Of a DNA stretch of 64,000 nt, positions 17,479 through 24,871 are shown piece by piece (the first letter of the stretch is position 1; each line of letters begins with the position of its first letter). Position numbers and translations under genes: made by a program. The DNA comes from Candidatus Solibacter sp. GTDB lineage: Bacteria > Acidobacteriota > Terriglobia > Terriglobales > Acidobacteriaceae. Where the stretch lies: the NCBI GenBank assembly GCA_035501655.1, contig DATJVU010000033.1, positions 298,770-362,769 of the forward strand. The letters run 5' to 3'. Below the pieces are notes generated by a model. That model was not told the DNA's origin. It made no database searches and saw nothing but the letters and a program-made list of their open reading frames with translations.

Positions 17479-18906
17479 ATGACTCAGGGGGATCAATCCC
17501 AATCCGCGATGCCGGCCCCGCTCAATGCGGGCGGCTCCCCCCACGCCAACCATCTCTCCCTCGAAAACGTCCACAGCTCCGTCGCAGTCCCACATCACGA
17601 GGCCGGTTTCTGGGAGCAGTGGCGAGCCTTCGTCGGCCCCGCCATCCTGGTCAGCGTCGGATACATGGACCCCGGCAACTGGGGCACCGACCTGCAAGGC
17701 GGCGCGCAATTCAAATACGGCCTCTTATGGGTCGTAGGCCTGGCCAGCCTGATGGCCATCTTCATGCAAGTCATCTCCGCCCGCCTCGGCGTAGTAACAG
17801 GAAAAGACCTAGCGCAAGCATGCCGCGACTGGTACCCGTCCTGGACCCGCTGGCCCAACTGGCTGATGAGCGAAATCGCCATCGGAGCCTGCGACCTGGC
17901 AGAAGTCTTAGGCAGCGCGGTAGCGCTAAATCTCCTCTTCCACATCCCGCTCCTATGGGCCGTGATCATCACGGGGCTAGACGTTCTCCTACTGCTAGGC
18001 CTGCAGCGCTTCGGCATGCGCACCATCGAGGCGGTCGTGCTCGTCCTGGTCGCGACCATCGGAGTCTGCTACTTCGTGGAAATTTTCATCCTCCCCGAAA
18101 CTCACCCAAGTTTCCTGGAACTCGGCGCCGCGCTAGTTACCCCTCACTTCCGACAGGCCGGAATGATCTACGTAGCCATCGGCATAATCGGCGCCACCGT
18201 CATGCCGCACAATCTGTATTTGCACTCGGCGCTGGTGCAGAGCCGTCGCCTGCAGAAGGACGACGCCTCCATCCGCCGGGCGCTGCAGTTCAACACCATC
18301 GACTCCGCTGTCGCGTTGACGATCGCTTTTTTTGTAAATGCCGCCATCCTGGTTCTGGCCGCGACCGTTTTCTTCGGAAAACAAAGCGTCGTGGTCCCGG
18401 GAGGCCACATCATCGCCTTCGGCGCCAACAGCGACTGGATTCGGGTGGCTTATCTCACGCTCGCCCCGCTGCTCGGCACGGCCTTTGCCAGCTTGTTGTT
18501 TGCGGTTGCGCTGCTGGCCGCGGGGCAAAGCAGCACGATTACGGGCACGCTCGCCGGGCAAGTTGTGATGGAAGGCTTCATGCACTGGCGCATCAAGCCG
18601 TGGCTGCGGCGCCTGATCACGCGCACTCTCGCGATCTTGCCGGCGGTGCTGGTCATCGGGCTGCGCGGAGACTCCAGCGTCACCGATCTGCTCACGCTGA
18701 GCCAGGTCGTGCTCGCGCTGCAATTGCCGTTCGCCATGTTTCCCCTGCTGCACTTCACTAGCTCGCGCCTCCGCATGGGTAGCTGGCGAAACGGCCGCTT
18801 TCTGCTGGCCGCAGGATGGGCGAGTGCTATCCTGATCGCCGCTATGGACATCTACGGCCTGCCGGACTCGGTTCGCACGGCGTGGCAGTTGATTGTTGGG
18901 GGATGA
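17479..18906 (+). CDS. mntH: NRAMP-family divalent metal (Mn2+/Fe2+) transporter
   Basis: ORF 17452..18906. GPAILVSVGYMDPGNWGTDLQGG and ATVMPHNLYLHS NRAMP signatures. Start is ambiguous (GTG 17452 or ATG 17479). Confidence 0.9.
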   Translation: MTQGDQSQSAMPAPLNAGGSPHANHLSLENVHSSVAVPHHEAGFWEQWRAFVGPAILVSVGYMDPGNWGTDLQGGAQFKYGLLWVVGLASLMAIFMQVISARLGVVTGKDLAQACRDWYPSWTRWPNWLMSEIAIGACDLAEVLGSAVALNLLFHIPLLWAVIITGLDVLLLLGLQRFGMRTIEAVVLVLVATIGVCYFVEIFILPETHPSFLELGAALVTPHFRQAGMIYVAIGIIGATVMPHNLYLHSALVQSRRLQKDDASIRRALQFNTIDSAVALTIAFFVNAAILVLAATVFFGKQSVVVPGGHIIAFGANSDWIRVAYLTLAPLLGTAFASLLFAVALLAAGQSSTITGTLAGQVVMEGFMHWRIKPWLRRLITRTLAILPAVLVIGLRGDSSVTDLLTLSQVVLALQLPFAMFPLLHFTSSRLRMGSWRNGRFLLAAGWASAILIAAMDIYGLPDSVRTAWQLIVGG

Positions 18907-18997
18907 TCGTCGAGGAATGATCGTCGAGGTATGAAAAAGTGTCCTGAAGCTGGGAACTCAACCCGTCTCGCGCGCCCCGATCGATTCACGAACTGAT

Positions 18998-19080
18998 CCA
19001 AAGCCGCGAAGCGGCAAAAGAATGCAGCCCACGGCGCAAGCCGTGGGTATGAGAAAGACAAGGAACAGCCCCGAAGGGGC
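18998..19080 (-). repeat. double-hairpin repeat (CCCACGGC..GCCGTGGG plus GCCCC..GGGGC)
   Basis: Approximate reverse complement of 50438-50524, sharing the core GGCAAAAGAATGCAGCCCACGGCGCAAGCCGTGGGT. Confidence 0.8.
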
Positions 19081-19124
19081 GTAAGAAACCAACTTCGACG
19101 CACGCGCTGATCTGAACAACAACC

Positions 19125-19541
19125 ATGTACGACAAAATTCTCGTCACTCTCGACGGCAGCCCGACCGACCGCGCCATCATCGAGCACGTGAAGCGCCTGG
19201 CCAAGCTCGCCCATAGCCGCCTCGTCCTGCTCCATGTCGCCGACGGATGGGCCGCGCGCACCTACGGCCCCGACGCCGTCAGCCGCGAGATCGCCGAAGA
19301 CACTGCCTATCTCGACAGCGTTCGCGTCGAGTTTCAATCCGAGGGCATCCCTACTGAAGCCGAACTCGCCTACGGCGAGCCCGCCAACGAAATCATCAAC
19401 TGGGTCAAGCAGAAGGGATGCGACCTGGTCGCCATGAGCACGCACGGCCACCGCTTTCTGGCTGACTTTTTTCTGGGCACGACCGCCACGCGCGTGCAGC
19501 ACAACATCAGCGTGCCCGTGTTGCTGCTGCGCGCCCGGTGA
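19125..19541 (+). CDS. universal stress protein (UspA family)
   Basis: 138 aa. MYDKILVTLDGS...LVLLHV...DLVAMSTHGH...GTTATRVQHNISVPVLLL. Confidence 0.9.
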   Translation: MYDKILVTLDGSPTDRAIIEHVKRLAKLAHSRLVLLHVADGWAARTYGPDAVSREIAEDTAYLDSVRVEFQSEGIPTEAELAYGEPANEIINWVKQKGCDLVAMSTHGHRFLADFFLGTTATRVQHNISVPVLLLRAR

Positions 19542-19570
19542 TTGGGACACGAGCGCGCTTCACTTGAGCA

Positions 19571-19654
19571 ATGTCATTCTGAACCCGCGCCAAGCGCTCA
19601 CACATGATGTCATTCCGAACGCGCGCAAAGCGCGGGTGAGGAACCTGCTTTTCC
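19571..19654 (+). repeat. composite GTCAT type-A repeat (half copy + full copy), left flank of the PD-(D/E)XK gene
   Basis: About 90% identical, by eye alignment, to the composite at 20169-20253 in the same orientation. Confidence 0.85.
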
Positions 19655-19669
19655 CCGGCGACGAATCAA

Positions 19670-20140
19670 TCACATCTTCTCCAACTCACCCCGGTCTTTC
19701 CCCAACAGCGCCCACGCCTCCCGATACCCCTCATATTTCGGACGGTTGCGCACTCCTTCAAACTGGCACAGCGTAATCGCCGACTTGCCCTTGTGCCCGG
19801 TGATGCGGTGCGCCGGAATGATGTACCACACCTCCTCCGGAATCACATACCCCACGCAAACATCCAGGTCCCCGGCGCTGTACCGCCGTATCCGCCCGCC
19901 GCTCGAGTGCGTAAACTCGCACAGATATCCCGCCCCCGACTTATAACTGGTCGACTTCACCTGCACCCGCAGCAGCCGCCCGTCTCCCTCCACCCCAACG
20001 TCGTAGGCATAGACCTCTCCCCACGGCTTGAGCACCCGATACCCATGAAACGAAGCCGCCGCCATAAACAACATCTCCACCCAGGCGCCCCGCTCCGAAA
20101 ACGACTTGAACCCAAACAACCCCCGTCTCGCTCGCCCCAT
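19670..20140 (-). CDS. PD-(D/E)XK-type endonuclease-like protein (PDDEXK_5-like)
   Basis: ORF 19670..20269 trimmed to ATG 20140 (GGAG 8 nt upstream), because the rest reads through repeats. YAYDVGVE...LLRVQVKST fits a D...(E/Q)xK nuclease core. Confidence 0.65.
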   Translation of the reverse strand: MGRARRGLFGFKSFSERGAWVEMLFMAAASFHGYRVLKPWGEVYAYDVGVEGDGRLLRVQVKSTSYKSGAGYLCEFTHSSGGRIRRYSAGDLDVCVGYVIPEEVWYIIPAHRITGHKGKSAITLCQFEGVRNRPKYEGYREAWALLGKDRGELEKM

Positions 20141-20168
20141 TTCCACTCCCCCACAGCCACCACTACCC

Positions 20169-20253
20169 GATGTCATTCCGAACCCGCGCAAAGCGTCCCA
20201 CGTGATGTCATTCCGAACCCGCGCAAAGCGCGGGTGAGGAACCTGCTTTTTCC
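20169..20253 (+). repeat. composite GTCAT type-A repeat (half copy + full copy), right flank of the PD-(D/E)XK gene
   Basis: Direct repeat of 19571-19654. Confidence 0.85.
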
Positions 20254-20265
20254 CCACCACGAAGC

Positions 20266-20299
20266 CCAAAAAGCAAAAGGCGCGACCCGTGGCCGCGCC
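20266..20299 (-). terminator. intrinsic terminator (minus strand) at the end of 175-bp repeat copy 1
   Basis: Minus-strand RNA reads GGCGCGGCC-ACG-GGTCGCGCC (9 bp, one G-U) then TTTTGCTTTTTGG. On the plus strand the same position would be an A-C mismatch. Confidence 0.7.
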
Positions 20300-20442
20300 T
20301 TCTTCGCCGAAAAATTTATCCTATATATCCAGACTAGCAAAATCAAAAGGGTAGAGTGGACATGATTGGAGACTTTATATTTCGCCCGTTTTCAACAACT
20401 TACGCCAAAAATGTATCGTCCCACCCCCTTGACAGGATTTTT
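20268..20442 (-). repeat. 175-bp direct repeat, copy 1 (unknown function, candidate ncRNA module)
   Basis: Aligns without net indels to 20609-20783 at roughly 86% identity (hand count of about 24 mismatches). Confidence 0.85.
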
Positions 20443-20606
20443 CCCATTTCGGGAATTGGGCATCACGGAACCGGGAAGGGCACGAGTTTTACTCGTGCCG
20501 AAAGAGCATCGACAACAAGAACCGGCTTTAGCCGCTGCGGGCGTGCTCACTCGCGGCAGCCCGTCAGAAAAATCGTGTAAACGTCCCGTCTGTCCCCATG
20601 TTTTCT

Positions 20607-20640
20607 TCAAAAAGCAAAAGACGCGACCTGTGGCCGCGCC
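20607..20640 (-). terminator. intrinsic terminator (minus strand) at the end of 175-bp repeat copy 2, about 180 nt downstream of the HEPN gene stop
   Basis: Minus-strand RNA reads GGCGCGGCC-ACA-GGTCGCGTC (two G-U pairs) then TTTTGCTTTTTGA. Both substitutions relative to copy 1 keep pairing only on the minus strand. Confidence 0.7.
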
Positions 20641-20783
20641 TTTTGCGCCCAAAAATTTGTCCTATATATCCAGAATAGCAAATTCAAAAGGGTAAAGTGG
20701 ACATGATTGAGAACTTTATATTTCTGGCGTTTTCAATGACTTAAGCCAAAAATGTATCGTCTGACCCCCTTGACAAAATTTTT
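20609..20783 (-). repeat. 175-bp direct repeat, copy 2
   Basis: See copy 1. Conserved blocks include CCTATATATCCAGA, AAAAGGGTA, GTGGACATGATTG, GCCAAAAATGTATCGTC and ACCCCCTTGACA (plus-strand reading). Confidence 0.85.
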
Positions 20784-20820
20784 GTCTCAGGTTGAGAAAA
20801 TGCTAACTTAGCACGCGCTT

Positions 20821-21537
20821 TCAGGCAGTGCGCGCCCGCTGTCCCCTAACACAGTACTGTCGACGATCCACGAAACGCTGGATGTTCTTCAGAATCTGTC
20901 GAATGTACAACACGACTTGGCGTTTTATCTCGATTAGAGCATCCAAAGTGAGGTCGCGCCCGCACTCCTTGAACGACTTCAACCCGTGGGCAAGATTGTT
21001 CCGTTCTTGCCGAACACGGGTTAGGTGATATCCGCCCTTGGTTGAACGGGTCGTCTGGTGCGAAAATCCATATTTCGCGGACAGCTCTCGCACACGTTCT
21101 GCATCCAGATTCCCGCTTATCGGCAACAGCTTTGAGTCGAAAAGAATGCGCTTAGAACTAATCACTAACTCAAGCATTTCGATAACGCGCTTGGCGTTGT
21201 TTTCAGGAAGGCGCATCGGGTCTGGCTTGAATTCATCATGTACCCAGAGTTCGCGGAGCTCTTGACGCAAAACCTCATACTGAACCTTATCAGCCTTAAC
21301 CGAATCGTAAATCTCGTTCAAGCCATTCCGGATCGAACTCTCGACGAGGTTATAGAGTATAAGGAGCGCATTGGCCTTAAGTATCTTGACGAGATCTTCG
21401 CTGATTGCAGCCTGCTTAGTTTTTCTGGCTCGTGGGTAGTGCAGCTTCGCGCCCTTTGCTACCACATCCGCAAGAAATGCGAAATAGACCTCTATCTCTG
21501 AGACTCTTGCTTCGTAATCCAGCAAAAGGAGGTTCAT
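20821..21537 (-). CDS. HEPN-like protein (Rx4H motif), last gene of the dcm-vsr-DUF262 operon
   Basis: 238 aa, mostly helical-looking. RQERNNLAHG contains R-N-N-L-A-H (Rx4H). Its ATG overlaps the DUF262 stop (ATGA). Confidence 0.65.
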   Translation of the reverse strand: MNLLLLDYEARVSEIEVYFAFLADVVAKGAKLHYPRARKTKQAAISEDLVKILKANALLILYNLVESSIRNGLNEIYDSVKADKVQYEVLRQELRELWVHDEFKPDPMRLPENNAKRVIEMLELVISSKRILFDSKLLPISGNLDAERVRELSAKYGFSHQTTRSTKGGYHLTRVRQERNNLAHGLKSFKECGRDLTLDALIEIKRQVVLYIRQILKNIQRFVDRRQYCVRGQRARTA

Positions 21538-22616
21538 ACGGCTGAAAGAAGCATATCGCGAACATACTCTATGCGACCCGTCAAACGTGGTGCAGAGTTA
21601 CTAGCGTGGGTGGTAACTTGATGCTGGAAGTCGCTTGAGTTTATCCACGACATGTCGCGAGGCCTCAAACTCGGATTAATCTGAAGAGCAAGATGCGTCC
21701 CAACAGCGATTGCCTCAAATCGAACACGCGGAGTCGTAGACGCGTGTTGGGTCTTTGCAAACCCGAACGGAAAGAACTTATCGACAAACAATAACATTTC
21801 GGCGAAGGAGCTCACTTTGCTCAGGCGGTCCTTCGCTGCCTCAGGGGTGCTCGTCTTGTAAAAATTGTTCTTCTCCACGACATATGCGTTCAGGAACCTA
21901 GCCACGTCGTGTTTGAATGTCTGATAACGCTCAGCGTACGCAAAAAATCGCAACACCAATTCTTGACGCTCGCCTCGCCGCGCGACGCGCTCATTTATGG
22001 GGCACAGTCGCATAAAGTCTGTTTTCCCTGCGCACTCATCGACTAGTTGATAGAACGGACCCGGATATGCGCCTTTACGCAGTTCAGCATTGCGAAGTGA
22101 GTCGCTTCCGGTATTAATTCTTTCGAAGATATCGAACTTGGAATCCGTCGTCGTGTTATCTGAAAGGACTATCATGCGTAAGGTTCGGTTCTTGAATTTT
22201 CTCTGTTGCGCCGCTGGTAAATCCGAATAGGAGACACCGTTCAACGAATTTAGGCTACCAAGACTTCGAAGGCGGAACCCATCATCCATGAAGGCACTAA
22301 GAGTTCGAATGCGCTGCGCTCCGTCTACGATCTCCAATACTCCTTCAGGGGTTTCGGCTGTAAACATGAATGGAATTGGCAGCCCAAGTATGACTGATTC
22401 TATGAAGCGTGATCTCCGCTCATCGGACCACACGAATTCGCGTTGATAGCGCGGGATCGTGAATTCACCCGCTCGAAACTTGTTTACTAACAATTCGACC
22501 GTGAATTCCTTCGTGTCGTAGTTGATAGTTCGCTGCTTTTCGGCAATTTGCTGCTCGGCGCGCGCAATCTCGGCCGCATCCATGAACAATCGTGCCTGCT
22601 TGGCGATTTGCCGCAC
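21534..22616 (-). CDS. DUF262 (ParB-like nuclease superfamily) protein without a DUF1524/HNH domain
   Basis: 360 aa. FTIPRYQREFVWSDERRSRFIESVILGLPIP and IVDGAQRIRTL (DGQQR-type motif). No His-Me finger seen in the C-terminal half. Confidence 0.85.
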   Translation of the reverse strand: MRQIAKQARLFMDAAEIARAEQQIAEKQRTINYDTKEFTVELLVNKFRAGEFTIPRYQREFVWSDERRSRFIESVILGLPIPFMFTAETPEGVLEIVDGAQRIRTLSAFMDDGFRLRSLGSLNSLNGVSYSDLPAAQQRKFKNRTLRMIVLSDNTTTDSKFDIFERINTGSDSLRNAELRKGAYPGPFYQLVDECAGKTDFMRLCPINERVARRGERQELVLRFFAYAERYQTFKHDVARFLNAYVVEKNNFYKTSTPEAAKDRLSKVSSFAEMLLFVDKFFPFGFAKTQHASTTPRVRFEAIAVGTHLALQINPSLRPRDMSWINSSDFQHQVTTHASNSAPRLTGRIEYVRDMLLSAV

Positions 22617-22621
22617 TCGCT

Positions 22622-23005
22622 TTATTCCTTATTCTTACGCTGTTTCAACATATCCATAATTATTGGGACAATCGTTTGGGGTGGTTCGTGGGCCCAGAAC
22701 CGTCGAGCTATCCAACCGTGTGCGCGCAACACCCGAAGACATCTAACATCACGTCGCCGGTTCTCCGAAAGTTTGTTAGTCCACCAGGTTCGATTTGCCT
22801 TTGGAAGGGTACCGTGATTTGGGCATCCATGCCAAAAGCAACCATCTAAGAAAACGGCAACCTTTTTTCTTGGGAACACGAAATCAGGCTGAATTCTTCG
22901 CCCAGCCAGCACTTGCACATGCATTTTGAACGAGATCCGCAAGCGCTTGAGTTCACTTGCAAGCCGGGTTTCGTTTCCTGTTCCGTATCTCCTGACGGAA
23001 AGCAT
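22622..23005 (-). CDS. vsr: very short patch repair endonuclease
   Basis: 127 aa. PDFVFPRKKVAVFLDGCFWHGC and LSENRRRD blocks typical of Vsr. Confidence 0.85.
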   Translation of the reverse strand: MLSVRRYGTGNETRLASELKRLRISFKMHVQVLAGRRIQPDFVFPRKKVAVFLDGCFWHGCPNHGTLPKANRTWWTNKLSENRRRDVRCLRVLRAHGWIARRFWAHEPPQTIVPIIMDMLKQRKNKE

Positions 23006-23043
23006 TCGTCTGGTTGCATCAAGCGATGACGAGCAAGGCCTCT

Positions 23044-24213
23044 TCAGATCGTACGCTCCTCAAATGTTCGCAAGTGTGCTTCGACAGCATCCAAGAAACC
23101 CGGAGCGAATTTGAGGCTGCTGGCTCTCGCTCGTTGAAGAAATCCAGCGGTCGCAGTATCCGACAGTGGGGTAGTTGGAAACCGTAGAAAAGTATTTAGC
23201 TCGCGGTATCGATGTCGAACGGGATATTCACTCACACGAGACGCGTACACACCGTCGCCGAGGCACCACGCAGCCGTTGGCCAACGTGCGCCGTCCTTAA
23301 GCTTCGGATCGTGCTCAGACTCATAGTGCTTTGGGTGTAAAAGACGACGACCTAGCCAAGCTGAAACTGGCACGCTAACAGCATTTCCCAGCAGGTGCCA
23401 GCGACGAGAAACACTGATTTTTCTCCTTGCGCTGGTCCATCCTGGAGGGAAGCCCTGGAGTCGTTCGGCGTCTCGTATGTTGGGGACGACTATTCCTTCG
23501 TCGCGTTGCCAAATGGCCGGTGGCGAAGCTATGCCGAATGCTGAGCCTCGTTTAAGTGGCGGGATTGCGTTTACGGCCCACCCGACTCCGGTGTTCCCTT
23601 CTGTCCAGTAAAACCCGCAAGCGGACTCCGATGGACTGATCGTGCTCTTCTCAGCATCATCAGTTAGGAGCACGCATCTGGGGTCGTGATGCCTTGACGC
23701 TAGAATGATCACCCGTCGGCGACGCTGAGGAAGTCCGAATGCCCTTGTATCCACGATGCGATAGGCCCATCGGAACCGGAGTTCCTGTAACCGACGCAGT
23801 ATCGTCCTCATCGGGCGACCTCGTTGCAGGTGCAGCATAAAGGGCACATTCTCAAGAACCAGCCACTGGGGGTCACTTTTCTTTAGAAGGCGAAAAACTT
23901 CGTTGATCAGAACCGACTGTGATCCGTCAAGTCCGGCAGTTCGTCCTGCTTGGCTCAGGTCCTGGCATGGAAACCCTGCGGTGACAACTGCGGCATCGGG
24001 CAGAGTTTTGAGAGTTCGAATGTCCGACCAGAATCGAGTCTTAGGAAAGCGCAAACGAAAAATCCTACGTGCCGCTTCATCAATCTCGCATGCAAAAGCA
24101 GTACGGAATCCTGCGCGCTCCAACCCGAGTTCCAAGCCGCCGATGCCCGCGAAAAGTGCTGCTACGGTCGGACGCTTTCCTACCGAGATATGGTGTTTGG
24201 TTTTAGTTAGCAA
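23044..24213 (-). CDS. dcm: DNA (cytosine-5)-methyltransferase
   Basis: 389 aa. Motif I LFAGIGG, IV GFPCQDLS, VI LENVP, VIII QRRRRV, X LGNAVSVP. Confidence 0.92.
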   Translation of the reverse strand: MLTKTKHHISVGKRPTVAALFAGIGGLELGLERAGFRTAFACEIDEAARRIFRLRFPKTRFWSDIRTLKTLPDAAVVTAGFPCQDLSQAGRTAGLDGSQSVLINEVFRLLKKSDPQWLVLENVPFMLHLQRGRPMRTILRRLQELRFRWAYRIVDTRAFGLPQRRRRVIILASRHHDPRCVLLTDDAEKSTISPSESACGFYWTEGNTGVGWAVNAIPPLKRGSAFGIASPPAIWQRDEGIVVPNIRDAERLQGFPPGWTSARRKISVSRRWHLLGNAVSVPVSAWLGRRLLHPKHYESEHDPKLKDGARWPTAAWCLGDGVYASRVSEYPVRHRYRELNTFLRFPTTPLSDTATAGFLQRARASSLKFAPGFLDAVEAHLRTFEERTI

Positions 24214-24393
24214 GATTATCTGTACCGTTTTCCACAGTTAAGAAGGCTTGAGCAAGTCAAGAATCTAACAGGAAAATGGCCTGAAATCACCCTCAAATGT
24301 CAAGAGGGCACTTCAATAGCACGTCTTCGAGGGTTCATCTTAGGAACAAGGGCGGGAACGCTCATACTTGTGGGCGGGGGGGAGCCGACCTTC

Positions 24394-24603
24394 GGGTTTC
24401 GATTTCACTTCCCACAACGAAAATGTGGGTGTCTCGCTCTTGCGTTTTTCAAGGGCGGGCACGATGCTGCTTGTGCCACGAGATTTCGGCGGATTCAAAA
24501 CCTTGCGCTGTCGGCGGCACTGTACCCACGTCTCGCAAATTCGGCGAGACGTGGGGCACCCACATCACTTTTGTTCTCGCGAAATCGAAGACTGGGCTGG
24601 GGC
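24394..24603 (+). repeat. about 210-bp dispersed repeat, copy 1 (TGTGGGTG..CTCTTGCGTTTTT..GGGCGGGCACGATG..GATTCAAAA..TGGGGCACCCAC..GAAATCGAAG)
   Basis: Direct repeat of 25668-25897 (which has one extra internal segment). The two bracket the CDS at 24872-25645. Confidence 0.8.
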
Positions 24604-24663
24604 TCAGCTTGCCCGCACAACGAAAGCCGCGTTGTTTGGGCCATCCGTCCTACGGCGGCGAAA

Positions 24664-24693
24664 GACGCGGGCGGGGGCGCCCGCGCCACATCT
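24664..24693 (+). repeat. REP-like hairpin GACGCGGGCG-GGGG-CGCCCGCGCCACATCT
   Basis: 30/30 identical to 26193-26222. The GCGGGCG/CGCCCGC stem is the same as in the hairpins flanking the RAYT gene. Confidence 0.85.
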
Positions 24694-24793
24694 TGCGTTC
24701 ACTTATCTGCACAGCGAGAATCGCTTGTGTAGGACACTTGTCTCCGGGCAGGATTTCTCAGCGTTTTCCACGGCATTGCAAAATCATTCAGTC

Positions 24794-24822
24794 TTGACGG
24801 TGAGCGGGGGTGAAAGAATAAT
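24794..24822 (+). promoter_or_regulatory. sigma70-like promoter candidate (TTGACG-17 nt-AATAAT)
   Basis: Hexamers at 24794-24799 and 24817-24822. Supports the downstream ATG 24872 (GAGG 8 nt upstream) as the real start. Confidence 0.35.
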
Positions 24823-24871
24823 GTCCGCGTCCAGCCTGAAACATTCCCGCTACTTCCGCGAGGTAAGAATT

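Noticed and set aside
18852-19550. 232-aa minus-strand ORF covering the uspA-family gene.
   Set aside because: The opposite-strand 138-aa ORF has an unmistakable universal-stress-protein sequence. The long ORF also reads through a dispersed repeat.
20268-20783. Possible CRISPR array, because of direct repeats next to defense genes.
   Set aside because: There are only two copies, each 175 bp long, about 86% identical, with a 166-bp spacer. There are no cas genes and no short regular repeat-spacer periodicity.
24368-24871. N-terminal 168 codons of ORF 24368..25645.
   Set aside because: This part is made of the 210-bp dispersed repeat and the REP-like hairpin. A promoter candidate and an RBS support the internal ATG 24872.
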